From Chthoniobacteraceae bacterium (GTDB lineage: Bacteria; Verrucomicrobiota; Verrucomicrobiia; Chthoniobacterales; Chthoniobacteraceae): DNA of 23,444 nucleotides. Shown here piece after piece: positions 8,506-17,716 of this stretch. Numbering within the stretch: position 1 is the first letter of the stretch; every line of letters starts with the position of its first letter. The stretch covers positions 1 to 23,444 of the forward strand of contig JANNWY010000242.1 in NCBI GenBank assembly GCA_031409335.1. Reading direction: 5' to 3'. Under the pieces are notes generated by a model that worked only from the letters and a program-made list of their open reading frames with translations, ran no database searches and was not told where the DNA came from. Made by a program: the position numbers and the translations under genes.

Positions 8506-8743
8506 CTGTCATTTCGACCGGAGCGCAGGTGGCAAGGCGGGCGGAGCGTAGTGGAGAAATCTCTCACTTTTCTTCGGGCAAGGTGGCGCGGAGCACAAGC
8601 GTCCCGCGGCTCCGCCCCGCCTTCGCCCACGCGAAGAAAAGTTTGAGGTTTGCCGCCATTTCTTCCACTCGGGCTGTCTCGCGGACTCGGCTCTCCACTC
8701 CGCTCCGCCCGCAGGCCCGCCTTCGCTCCGGTCGAAATGACAG
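8506..8743. repeat. Palindromic intergenic element (MITE/REP-like) with long terminal inverted repeats
   Basis: Left CTGTCATTTCGACCGGAGCG is the exact reverse complement of right CGCTCCGGTCGAAATGACAG. Pairing continues inward (GGGCGGAGCG.AGTGGAGA / TCTCCACT.CGCTCCGCCC) and outward (GCATCAAAA / TTTTGATGC). Confidence 0.85.
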
Positions 8744-8839
8744 CTTTTGGTTTTGATGCGATTTTCCTGAAGGCGGAACGTGGGCCGGTTGCGCTAAGCG
8801 GGTGGGTCTGCTTTGATGAGTGTTTTGAAAGCACAAATC

Positions 8840-9742
8840 ATGGTCCGCCGAATTTCCGTTCTCCTATTCCTTGCGTCGATCCCGCTGGCGCATTCCCAAA
8901 CGATCACGCTCCAGGGCACTCCGCTGATGGCGCAGGTGCTGAAAATCGCGGAGCCCCTCATCAAGGAGGAACTCGGCCTGGTGTTGCGGGTCGGGACGGA
9001 AGGCGGGAGCACTGGCGGATTTCTGGCGGTGGGGAGCGAGACGGTGAATCTCGGGATGACGACGAAGACGATCGAACCAGCCGAACGCGCGCATTTTCCG
9101 GCGCGGGCATTCGATGAAGTGCAGATCGGCTGGCAGGTGCTCGGGATCGGGGTGGCGAGCGATGTGTGGGATGCTGGCGTGCGCGCGCTGACGCGGGATC
9201 AAATGGTGAAGATTTACGAAGGCGACATTCGCAACTGGAAGCAGGTCGGCGGGCCGGATACGCCGATCAAATTTTACAATCCGAAGCGCGGTCGCGGCAC
9301 TTGGGAGTTGTTCGCCACATGGCTGTACAAAGACCAGCGGCTTGCGCCGCTCGGCGATGCTTTCGAGACGGTCGTGCGCTACGAAGACGCGCGCGATTCG
9401 GTCGAGTTCAATGCCGGCTCCATCTCGGTGATGCCGCCGCAAATGGCGAACGGCAAATCGGTCCACATCATCGGAATCAAGGAGGCGGATGGTTCGGTCG
9501 CGCAACCGACGGCGGCGATGCTGGCGTCGAAAAAATATCCGCTCGCCAAACCGTTGATGATTTTGTCCGGACGACGACTCGCGGGCGATCCGAAGCGGCT
9601 GGTCGAGTTCCTCCTGAGCCCGCGCGGCCAGGCGATCGTGAACAGCGTCGGTCTGATGCCGGTGGGTGAAGTGGCCGCTGATTTCCAGATCAAGCTGAAG
9701 GCGAAGCCGGAAGACGCCGCCGAGTCAGACTCCGCGAAATAG
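8840..9742 (+). CDS. PstS-like (PBP2) periplasmic substrate-binding protein
   Basis: Signal peptide ending AHS-Q; GGSTGG, LT..Q..KIY.G.IRNWKQVGG.D.PI and YPLAKPL..FLLSP.GQ.IV motifs. Confidence 0.8.
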   Translation: MVRRISVLLFLASIPLAHSQTITLQGTPLMAQVLKIAEPLIKEELGLVLRVGTEGGSTGGFLAVGSETVNLGMTTKTIEPAERAHFPARAFDEVQIGWQVLGIGVASDVWDAGVRALTRDQMVKIYEGDIRNWKQVGGPDTPIKFYNPKRGRGTWELFATWLYKDQRLAPLGDAFETVVRYEDARDSVEFNAGSISVMPPQMANGKSVHIIGIKEADGSVAQPTAAMLASKKYPLAKPLMILSGRRLAGDPKRLVEFLLSPRGQAIVNSVGLMPVGEVAADFQIKLKAKPEDAAESDSAK

Positions 9743-10117
9743 CGTGAAATAAATCCACGCCAGCGCGCAGGCAAAGACGGCGAGCAGCACGAAAAACGTG
9801 AGCATTCCCCGGCGCTGCTCGCGCTTGAGCCGCGGGCCTGGCCTGGCCGCGGCAGTGTGCGCGTCGATGATGTGCCGTTTGTCGTGAAGCGCCGCCCGGC
9901 CATTCGCGCCCGGTTCGACGCGCGATTTGCGATTGAGGATTTCATCGCGACGCTGCTTTGCCTGCTCCTGCTTGATCTTTGGCGCATCATCGATCAGCCG
10001 CTGCCGGCGCGCGATTTGTTCGTTGACCTTGCGTTCGTGTTCGAGCAACGCCTTCCGTTTTTCTTCCAGCGGCGAAGCAGAGGAATCGCTTTTTTTCGCG
10101 GGGCGTTTCGAGGCCAT
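9725..10117 (-). CDS. Hypothetical coiled-coil protein with C-terminal TM helix
   Basis: Charged helical N-half followed by terminal MLTFFVLLAVFACALAWIYFTLF; start lies 2 nt after the upstream stop. Confidence 0.7.
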   Translation of the reverse strand: MASKRPAKKSDSSASPLEEKRKALLEHERKVNEQIARRQRLIDDAPKIKQEQAKQRRDEILNRKSRVEPGANGRAALHDKRHIIDAHTAAARPGPRLKREQRRGMLTFFVLLAVFACALAWIYFTLFRGV

Positions 10118-10119
10118 GA

Positions 10120-10752
10120 TCACCGGTTGGATTGGAGGCCGTAGAGCACGAAGATGAGGACGATGCCGAGCGCGAGCAGGGGCAGGGTGAAAGCGAAGCC
10201 CGCCTTTAACCAGTAGATGAAATCCTGCTCCACGACGCCGCGATTGTGGTCGAATTGAAAACCAGCGGATGCCGCGACCGGATCGCCGTGGCCGGTTTCC
10301 GTTTCGGGGCTGATTTTCGGGAGCGATTTGTTGTATTCCGCGCGCGCGTCGTCCACTGCGCCGAGCGCCTTTGCCAGCTCCTTGTTGATATCGAGCCCGT
10401 CCCAGTGCTTTGGGTTGATGGATTCGATGTATTGGTGGTGCTGGTTGAAGGATTCGTTGATCGCCTGGAGCTGCTCCACGCGCTTTTGCGCATCGTAAAT
10501 TTCCCGCTCCAGCACGACTGCGGCGCGAGTGAAACGGTCCACCAATTCGGAGCGGCCCGCGTGTAACTGCTCCTGCCGCCGACTCATCTCTTCGAGTTCG
10601 CGCTTTTGCTTCTCGATCGACTCCTGCTGGCGCTTGAGGGAGATCAGTTGTTCCTGGGCCTTTTGCACCTGGGAATCGAGGTGCTCTCCGGGCAGTGAGT
10701 CGTCTTCGGGAAGGTCGAGAAGTGGTTCGTTCGAGCGGGAATGGTCAGGCAT
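10120..10752 (-). CDS. Hypothetical long coiled-coil protein with C-terminal TM helix
   Basis: Q/E/K-rich heptads followed by FIYWLKAGFAFTLPLLALGIVLIFVLY; ATG at 10752. Confidence 0.75.
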   Translation of the reverse strand: MPDHSRSNEPLLDLPEDDSLPGEHLDSQVQKAQEQLISLKRQQESIEKQKRELEEMSRRQEQLHAGRSELVDRFTRAAVVLEREIYDAQKRVEQLQAINESFNQHHQYIESINPKHWDGLDINKELAKALGAVDDARAEYNKSLPKISPETETGHGDPVAASAGFQFDHNRGVVEQDFIYWLKAGFAFTLPLLALGIVLIFVLYGLQSNR

Positions 10753-10787
10753 GGGCGTGGCAGTACGCGAAGTGTAGAATCCCGGTT

Positions 10788-12509
10788 TCAAAGTTCCAGA
10801 TTTTTCACACGCTGATAGCCAAGTCCCATCGGAATCACGAGCAGCGCGATGGAAAAAAACAGCGCGAGTCCGTAGGCAATGCCATCAGAGATCGGAAAGT
10901 GTATTTTTGCCTCGCGAAGACCGGGAATCGCGACGAGCGCGACGACGACGCTGATGTACATGAACGAAACCACCAGACACAGCGTGCCGCCAAATCCACT
11001 CACGATCTTGCTCGGGTTGTCCTCCTTGAAATTCGGGAACAGTGCGCCGAGGCCGACCGAGAGCCCGGAGAGCGCCGCGCTCATGATCGCGATCGTGATT
11101 GCGAAAAGGACCACCTTCGACGCTTCCAAATGCAGCATCATGCTCGACGCCGTCATCAGCGTGACGGTGATGACCGTGGCGGTGATGCAGGAGAGCCAGA
11201 ATTTCTGAAAGACCACGCGCTTTAAGCCGACCGGAGCGAGGCCGAGAATCCAGAGCCGCCGACCTTCCAGCGAGAATTGCGGGAAGACGAATCGCGTGGT
11301 TAGCGTGCTCAGGGTCAGCGCCGATGCCGCGAGATTCAGATAGGAAATCGTCGTCTTCCAAAACTCGCTGTCGAAGTTGAACGCGACGTTCCGCAAATTG
11401 ACGACGTAGATGCAGAGCAGGCCGAAGAAAATCATGAACTGAATCCACTGCGCCGGATCGCGCCAGAAGACGCGGATGTCCTTCACGACGAGCGCGGCTT
11501 CGGCGCGGCGGATTGGCAGGGCGGCGAGCAGGTGCTCGAGCCAGCCGCGCCGCGATCCCTTTCTGCGTTTCGCCTCCGCCGAACGCTGGAACCGCTCCGC
11601 GCGCGAACTCAGCGCCTCGCTCCAGCTCCCATAGTAAAGCCGCCCGATCAGCTCGAATCCGATGAGCAAACCCATCAGCGCATTGGCGAGCAGCATCAGG
11701 AAAAAGAACGTGCCCTGCGCGTCGAGATCGTCGCTCCACGCGATCACACTTTTTGCGAGCCATGCGCTGGGCAGGAAGGGATTGATGCTGAGCCGGGTGT
11801 GGCGCAGGAGTTGGTCGAAAGTGATTGCCTCGCGCGATGCCATGGCGTCGGCATCCGAGATGGGCGTGAGCCCAAACGCCAGCAGCGCCAGGCTGCCGAC
11901 TGCCAGCAGGATGGCGGCGCGTTTCACGAGCGGCTTCGCCAGCACCCGCACCAGCAGCAGGATGATCCACGAGCCGCACAGCGCGGGCAGGACGACGAAC
12001 GGCCCGTACAAAAGTGCCACGCGAAAGTAGAACGCCGGCGTGACGGAATGCACTTCGCCGAATGCAGCCATCATCGGCGCGCTGAGGAAAATCAGCGCCC
12101 ACGATGACACCGCGAGCGACTCGACGAACTTCCAGCGATACACATTCAAATGCCGGATCGGCAGCGTCAGCAGCCATTGCGTCTCGCGATTTTTGAAGAG
12201 CGTCGAGTAGCCGATGATGAGGTTTGAAAACACCAGCATCACAAAGAAAAAGCCGAAAATCAGAAACAGAATGCGCTGGGAGAGCAGCGCGCCGACGAGC
12301 GGGAAATGATAGAGGTAATCCATCCCGGCGTAGAACAGCGCGTAGCCGATCACGAGGTAGCCGAGCACGAATCCACCGAGCACGAAAAGCAGCAGCGGCG
12401 ACTCCTTCCGGATGGTGCGCATCCGCGCGAGGAAAGAGCGCCATTCCACCCAGAGCAGCAGGCGCAGGAGGCGCGGCGTGGAGATGGTAGGGGAAGCGGG
12501 GGAGGACAT
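10788..12509 (-). CDS. Putative ABC-2-type exporter permease (double-domain)
   Basis: Multi-TM protein with YSTLF...ETQWLLTLPI, KDIRVFWRDPAQW and RFVFPQFSLEGRRLWILGLAP; ATG at 12509. The longer ORF upstream runs through a repeat. Confidence 0.82.
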   Translation of the reverse strand: MSSPASPTISTPRLLRLLLWVEWRSFLARMRTIRKESPLLLFVLGGFVLGYLVIGYALFYAGMDYLYHFPLVGALLSQRILFLIFGFFFVMLVFSNLIIGYSTLFKNRETQWLLTLPIRHLNVYRWKFVESLAVSSWALIFLSAPMMAAFGEVHSVTPAFYFRVALLYGPFVVLPALCGSWIILLLVRVLAKPLVKRAAILLAVGSLALLAFGLTPISDADAMASREAITFDQLLRHTRLSINPFLPSAWLAKSVIAWSDDLDAQGTFFFLMLLANALMGLLIGFELIGRLYYGSWSEALSSRAERFQRSAEAKRRKGSRRGWLEHLLAALPIRRAEAALVVKDIRVFWRDPAQWIQFMIFFGLLCIYVVNLRNVAFNFDSEFWKTTISYLNLAASALTLSTLTTRFVFPQFSLEGRRLWILGLAPVGLKRVVFQKFWLSCITATVITVTLMTASSMMLHLEASKVVLFAITIAIMSAALSGLSVGLGALFPNFKEDNPSKIVSGFGGTLCLVVSFMYISVVVALVAIPGLREAKIHFPISDGIAYGLALFFSIALLVIPMGLGYQRVKNLEL

Positions 12510-12530
12510 CTCAGGAAGGCCGCTGCGCGG

Positions 12531-12625
12531 GGCTGAACGTCGAACGTCGAACATCGAACATCGAACATCGAAGGAAGAAGACTCCGGCCCCTCGGATTCC
12601 GTCGTTCGATGTTCGACGTTCAGCC
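12531..12625. repeat. Inverted heptamer-array element (GAACRTC)n ... (GAYGTTC)n
   Basis: GGCT + five GAACRTC units at 12535-12569, a spacer, then the inverted arm GTTCGATGTTCGACGTTCAGCC at 12604-12625. Confidence 0.8.
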
Positions 12626-12677
12626 TGCCGCAGGCGCCCCCCCAATCGCCCTGCGTCCTCCGCAAAAAATCCAGTCC

Positions 12678-13847
12678 TCATCTCCCCGGCACCAGTTCAA
12701 AAAGAAACCCCTTCAAATATTCCGTCTCCGGGATCGTGGAAATGATCGGATGATCGAGCGCTTGTCCGAAGGTGCCGATCTGCCGCAGCGTTTTCTTCGC
12801 ATCGACCGCCGCCTCATTGATCGTCGCCATGAAGAATTCGCGATCGACGTGATGCGAGCAGCAGAACGTCGCGAGGATGCCATCGGTATCGAGCAGCTTC
12901 AGCGCGCGCAGATGGATCTCTTTGTAGCCGCGCATCGCCTCGGTGAGCTTGCCCTTGCTCTTCGTGAAACTCGGCGGATCGAGGATCACCAGATCGTAGC
13001 GCGCGTTCTGGCGTTCGAGGTCTTTGAACGTGTCGAAAACATTCGCCGCATACGCATCGACCGTCACCGCATTGCGCCGCGCGTTTTCCTGAATCTGCCC
13101 CACGCAATCCGCGCTGATCTCGATCGCCGTCACCTGCTTCGCCCCGGCCTTCGCGCAGCTCATTGCGAACGCTCCTTGATTCGCAAAACAATCCAGCACG
13201 CGCCGCCCAGCCGCGTGTTTTGCGACGAGGGCGTAGTTCGGAATCTGATCGAGATAAAATCCGGTCTTCTGCCCGCGCATCAGGTCGATCACGTATTGCA
13301 GCCCGCCGATCTCGATGGCGAAAGGCTCCGGCGCGTTTCCGTGCAGCACGCCCGTCTGAAGTTCGAGTCCTTCCGCCTTCCGAATCGGCGCATCATTTCG
13401 CTCCACGATGCTGCTCGGCGCGAACACCTCTTTCAGCGCCGCCACGATCACCTCTTTCCGCTGATCCATCGCCAGCGTCAGCGTCTGGAGCACCACGTCA
13501 TCGCCATACCGATCGACGATCACGCCCGGCACCCCATCGCTCTCGCTCCACAACAGCCGCCCCGCCTTCGCGACCAGCCCGTGCCGTTCGCGATACTCCA
13601 GCGCGAGGCGAAAACGGCGCACGAAAAAATCGAGATCGAGATCCTGCCGCTGACGCGAAAACCGCCGCGCGATGATCTGCGACTTCGAGTTGTAAATTGC
13701 GCTCCCGAGCATCCGATCCGCGCCATCTTTCAGCGACACCACCCCGCCGTCCTCGGGCGTGCCAAACGCCTTCAAAACCTCCGAGGTATAAACCCAGTCG
13801 TGACCGTGGAAAAGACGCGAACGGGGTTTGATAACGAGGCCGGCCAT
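12678..13847 (-). CDS. rlmI: RlmI-type class I SAM-dependent 23S rRNA m5C methyltransferase
   Basis: PUA-like GHDWVY, SESDGVPGVIVDRY, GQKTGFYLDQ, VLDCF, ILDPPSF, TFCCS and DHP..PETEYLKG motifs. Confidence 0.87.
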   Translation of the reverse strand: MAGLVIKPRSRLFHGHDWVYTSEVLKAFGTPEDGGVVSLKDGADRMLGSAIYNSKSQIIARRFSRQRQDLDLDFFVRRFRLALEYRERHGLVAKAGRLLWSESDGVPGVIVDRYGDDVVLQTLTLAMDQRKEVIVAALKEVFAPSSIVERNDAPIRKAEGLELQTGVLHGNAPEPFAIEIGGLQYVIDLMRGQKTGFYLDQIPNYALVAKHAAGRRVLDCFANQGAFAMSCAKAGAKQVTAIEISADCVGQIQENARRNAVTVDAYAANVFDTFKDLERQNARYDLVILDPPSFTKSKGKLTEAMRGYKEIHLRALKLLDTDGILATFCCSHHVDREFFMATINEAAVDAKKTLRQIGTFGQALDHPIISTIPETEYLKGFLFELVPGR

Positions 13848-13859
13848 AAAGTGTCGCGG

Positions 13860-13887
13860 ACGTTAGGGCGCACGATAGGGAAGTCAA
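13860..13887 (-). promoter_or_regulatory. Candidate sigma70 promoter of rlmI
   Basis: Minus strand TTGACT-N16-TAACGT, 12 nt before the ATG. Confidence 0.4.
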
Positions 13888-13953
13888 CGCGGTCAACAAT
13901 TTGGTGGGTCGGTATAGACAAAGAGGAAGCATTGTCGTGGGTTGTCCCCGCGC

Positions 13954-16308
13954 ATGATTCGCCTTGTTTTTATCTCCCTCCTGCTCGCGGTAAACGCCCG
14001 CGCTTTTACTCCAGAAGAGCTGCGGCTCTCGCTGGAAGCGCGCGGTGTGCTGGCGCATTCTTGCACGAAATGTCACGGCCAGCAGAAGCAGAAGGGCGGG
14101 CTGCGGCTGGATACTCGCGAGGCGGCGATGAAGGGTGGGGATGACGGTGCGGTGATCGTCGCGGGGAAACCGGCGGAGAGCGAATTGCTGCGGCGCGTGG
14201 CGCTGGCGCATGGGCACGAAGATGCGATGCCTCCGAAGGACGGGACGCTGGAGCCGGCGGACGTGGAGACTTTGCGGAAATGGATCGCGGCAGATGCGCC
14301 GTGGCCTGATGGGGAAACGGCCGGGCTGGTTTTCCAGCGCGCGCCAATCGCGCCGCGCAAGCCCGAATTCCCAGCGGGCTCGGAGGAGCTGGCGAATCCG
14401 GTCGATAAGTTCGTCGCGGCGTACTTCCGCGAGCGGAACTTTGCCTGGCCGCAGCCAGTTGAAGACCGCACATTTCTCCGCCGCGCCTCGCTCGATGTGC
14501 TCGGGCTTCAGCCGACTTGGGAAGAAACACGCGCCTTTGCGGGCCACCGCGCCAAGGCCGTGGATGCGCTGCTGGCGCGGAAGGAAGACTACGCTGCGCA
14601 CTGGCTCACGACTTGGAATGATGCGCTGCGGAATGACTATAGCGGCACGGGATATATCGACGGCGGACGGCGGCAGATCAGCCAGTGGCTTTACGCGGCG
14701 CTGCGCGATGAGAAGCCGTTCGATGTGTTCGTGCGCGAATTGGTCGCGCCGCCGTCGGCGGCTTCGGACGGCTTCATCAAGGGCATCGTGTGGCGCGGCT
14801 CGGTGAGCGCGGCGCAGGCTCGCGAATTGCAGGCGGCGCAGAGCGTGGCGCAGGTGTTTCTCGGGCTGAATTTGAAGTGCGCGAGCTGTCACGATTCGTT
14901 CATCTCCGATTACAAACTGCGCGACGCCTACGCACTCGCCGCGATCTTTTCCGACGGGCCGCTGAACATCGCGCGCTGCGACAAACCGACCGGCGAACAG
15001 AGCGGCCCCGGGTTTTTCTGGCCGGAACTCGGAACGATCGACGCTGCAAAACCGCGCGCGGAACGCCAGAAACAACTCGCCAATTTGCTGACGAAAAAGG
15101 AGAACGGTCGGCTCGCGCGGGCGCTCGTGAACCGGCTCTGGGCCTCGTGCTTCGGGCGGGGACTCGTGGAGCCGGTGGACTCGATGGACAATAAACCGTG
15201 GAGCCAGGATTTGCTCGACTGGCTCGCATGGGACTTCGCCGAAAATGGCTGGAACGTGAAGCGCACGCTGCGGCTCATCACGACATCGCGCGCTTATTCG
15301 CTGCCGGCGGTCGCGGTGCCGGATGCGGATGCGCTGGGAAAAGCGTCATTTGTTTTCCACGGCCCGGTCGTGCGGCGGCTGAGCGCGGAGCAATTTACCG
15401 ATGCGGTGAGCCGCGTGGCGGTGCCGCTTTACGCGAAACGCGATCTCGGTGGTGAAACCGGTGACGCCGCACTGGCAAAAGCAGCGGCGTGGATTTGGCA
15501 CGGCGAAGGTTCCGCGCAGGTCGCGGACTTCCCGATGGGCAAGCGCTTCTTCCGAACCACGCTCGAAATTCCCACCGGTCGGAAAGTGCAGCGCGCTGCG
15601 GTCGTCGGCACGGCGGACAACACGTTCACCCTCTACGTGAATGGCCGCGAAACGCTTTCGAGTGCAGTATGGGAAACCGCGCGCGGCGCGGAAGTGACGG
15701 AACTTTTCGTCGATGCAAAGTCGGCGACGCTTGCGGTGGTTGCTGACAATATCGCGCCGGGCGCGGCGGGATTGCGGATGGCGTTTGGGATTTGGCTCGA
15801 AGGGCAAAAGGCGCCGCTGATCGTGGAGACGGGACCGGGTTGGCGCACGAGCGCGACCGGACCGGATGGCTGGGAAAAACCAGGATTCGACGACAGCGCG
15901 TGGGATTCCGCAGTGGTCGTGACGATGGTGCCGCTGTGGGAAACGACGCGCGAGTTTCGCCTCACGTCCGAGCCAATGCTGGTGCGCGCATCAATGGTGG
16001 AAAACGATGCGCTGCAAAGTGCGCTCGGCCGGCCCATCCGCGATCAAGTCACGATGAGCCGCGCGAGTCAGGCGACGCTGCTCCAGGCGCTCACGCTCAC
16101 GAATGGCCGCACCTTCACCGCGACGCTCGATCGCGCCGCGATTTCCTGGGACGCTCGCGCGCCCGATCCGAAACAACGGCTCAGCGAAATCTATCGCGCG
16201 GCCTTGCTTCGCGATCCACGCCCGGAGGAAATCGGCTTTGCTAACTCTGCGACCAGCGACGTGTTATGGTCGATCTTTCTGCAGCCCGAATTCCAACTCA
16301 TCCGCTGA
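13954..16308 (+). CDS. Planctomycete cytochrome c + DUF1549 (PSCyt2) + DUF1553 (PSD1) protein
   Basis: Signal peptide; CTKCH..KGGLRLD..G.P..SEL..MPP; NPVDKFV, FLRR.SLD..G..PT, FLG..LKCASCHD; ARALVNRLW..FGRGLV, LLDWLA.DF...GW, RRLSAEQ..D; terminal PEF. Confidence 0.9.
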   Translation: MIRLVFISLLLAVNARAFTPEELRLSLEARGVLAHSCTKCHGQQKQKGGLRLDTREAAMKGGDDGAVIVAGKPAESELLRRVALAHGHEDAMPPKDGTLEPADVETLRKWIAADAPWPDGETAGLVFQRAPIAPRKPEFPAGSEELANPVDKFVAAYFRERNFAWPQPVEDRTFLRRASLDVLGLQPTWEETRAFAGHRAKAVDALLARKEDYAAHWLTTWNDALRNDYSGTGYIDGGRRQISQWLYAALRDEKPFDVFVRELVAPPSAASDGFIKGIVWRGSVSAAQARELQAAQSVAQVFLGLNLKCASCHDSFISDYKLRDAYALAAIFSDGPLNIARCDKPTGEQSGPGFFWPELGTIDAAKPRAERQKQLANLLTKKENGRLARALVNRLWASCFGRGLVEPVDSMDNKPWSQDLLDWLAWDFAENGWNVKRTLRLITTSRAYSLPAVAVPDADALGKASFVFHGPVVRRLSAEQFTDAVSRVAVPLYAKRDLGGETGDAALAKAAAWIWHGEGSAQVADFPMGKRFFRTTLEIPTGRKVQRAAVVGTADNTFTLYVNGRETLSSAVWETARGAEVTELFVDAKSATLAVVADNIAPGAAGLRMAFGIWLEGQKAPLIVETGPGWRTSATGPDGWEKPGFDDSAWDSAVVVTMVPLWETTREFRLTSEPMLVRASMVENDALQSALGRPIRDQVTMSRASQATLLQALTLTNGRTFTATLDRAAISWDARAPDPKQRLSEIYRAALLRDPRPEEIGFANSATSDVLWSIFLQPEFQLIR

Positions 16309-16309
16309 A

Positions 16310-17713
16310 ATGAACCGCCGACATTTCCTCCAAACTCTCTCCGCTGCCGCGGTCGCCTCTGCCGCGCCGCGCCGCGCTTTTGCCATCGCGAAAAAACCGC
16401 GCGCGACGGCGGATAGCGTGATCCTGCTTTGGATGGGCGGCGGCATGGCGCACACGGAAACGTTCGATCCGAAACGCTGCACGCCTTTCACGCCGGGCAT
16501 GGAAGCTGAGTCGATCCTGTCCACTTTCGAGGCGAAACCGACGGTGCTCGATGGCGTTTCGTTTTCCGAAGGATTGGAGGAAATCGGGAAGGTGATGGAT
16601 CGCGGGACGCTCATCCGGTCGCATGTCGTGGCCGATCTCGGCTCGATCTTGCACACGCGCCATCAATTCCACTGGCATACCTGTTACGCGCCGCCGCAGA
16701 GCGTCGCGGCACCGCACATCGGTGCGTGGATCGCCCGCGAACTGGGGCCGCGAAATCCGGTGGTGCCTGCGTTCACGGTGATCGGGCAGCGGTTTGATTT
16801 GGGCGAAAAAGAGGAGTTGAAGTCGTTTCACACGGCGGGCTTTCTCGGGAGCGAATACGGACCGTTCATCATCGAGAACCCGACCGCCGCGCTGGATGCC
16901 GTGCGGCCGCCGACGGGGATGACGCCGGAGCGTTTCAGCGCCCGACAAGCGATGTATCGCGAGATGCTGAAGACGAGCGGCTTCGCGGAAAAGTCAGCCG
17001 ACTTCCAGCAGGAATCGCTGCTGCGCTCGATGGAGCAAGCGTATGGGCTGCTGCGTTCGCCGGAAGCGGCGGCGTTCGATTTGAAGCTGGAGCCGAAGGA
17101 AAGCTACGACGCTTACAACACGGGGCGATTCGGCCAGGGCTGTCTGCTCGCGCGGCGTTTGGTGGAAGCCGGGGCGCGCTTCATCGAGGTGACGAGCGAA
17201 TACATTCCGTTCGAATTTTGGGACACGCATCATACCGGGCATGATCGCGCGGCGCAGATGAAAAAGCAGATTGATCGTCCGGTCGCGCAACTCATTCGGG
17301 ATCTCGAAACGCGCGGGTTGCTCGAACGCACGCTGGTGATTTTGGCGAGCGAGTTTAGTCGCGATGCCATGGTGGAGGGCGCGGCGGAAAATCCCCTGAC
17401 GCCGGGAATCGATTTGCGGAAACAGCCCGCGAAATTGACCGAGGCGAAGCACTACGGTCTGCATCGCCACTTCACTGGCGCGGGTTCGGTGCTGATGTTT
17501 GGCGGTGGCGTGAAGCGCGGATACGCCCACGGAAAAACGGCCGACGAGCGACCGTGCAAAGCGATCGAAAATCCGGTGACGATCGAGAACATTCACCAGA
17601 CGATTCATCACTGCCTCGGCATCGCGCCCGACACGCATTACGAGATCGAAGCGCGGCCTTTCTATACGACGCCGGATGGCAAGGGCGAAGTCGTGAAGGA
17701 ACTGCTCGGGTAA
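16310..17713 (+). CDS. DUF1501 domain protein, Tat-exported
   Basis: MNRRHFL twin-arginine signal; VILLWMGGG..H.ETFDPK, FGQGCLLARRLVEAGARFIEV, WDTH, SEFSR and GGGVK.G motifs. Confidence 0.9.
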   Translation: MNRRHFLQTLSAAAVASAAPRRAFAIAKKPRATADSVILLWMGGGMAHTETFDPKRCTPFTPGMEAESILSTFEAKPTVLDGVSFSEGLEEIGKVMDRGTLIRSHVVADLGSILHTRHQFHWHTCYAPPQSVAAPHIGAWIARELGPRNPVVPAFTVIGQRFDLGEKEELKSFHTAGFLGSEYGPFIIENPTAALDAVRPPTGMTPERFSARQAMYREMLKTSGFAEKSADFQQESLLRSMEQAYGLLRSPEAAAFDLKLEPKESYDAYNTGRFGQGCLLARRLVEAGARFIEVTSEYIPFEFWDTHHTGHDRAAQMKKQIDRPVAQLIRDLETRGLLERTLVILASEFSRDAMVEGAAENPLTPGIDLRKQPAKLTEAKHYGLHRHFTGAGSVLMFGGGVKRGYAHGKTADERPCKAIENPVTIENIHQTIHHCLGIAPDTHYEIEARPFYTTPDGKGEVVKELLG

Positions 17714-17716
17714 AGG

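Noticed and set aside
8427..8836. ORFs spanning the 8506-8743 element (VISTGA / LSFRPER peptides)
   Set aside because: These are translations of the palindromic repeat, not genes.
12535..12621. LexA/SOS boxes in the GAAC/GTTC-rich stretch
   Set aside because: Spacing follows a 7-nt tandem period and fits neither GAAC-N7-GAAC nor TGTTC-N4-GAACA.
12510..12665. N-terminal extension of the permease ORF
   Set aside because: It is a translation of the heptamer inverted repeat; the plausible start is ATG 12509.
5782..15075. Long alternative ORFs (5782..6891 -, 7415..8440 -, 10885..12444 -, 12609..14144 +, 13498..15075 -)
   Set aside because: They overlap well-supported genes in another frame or strand and have no motifs, as expected in high-GC DNA.
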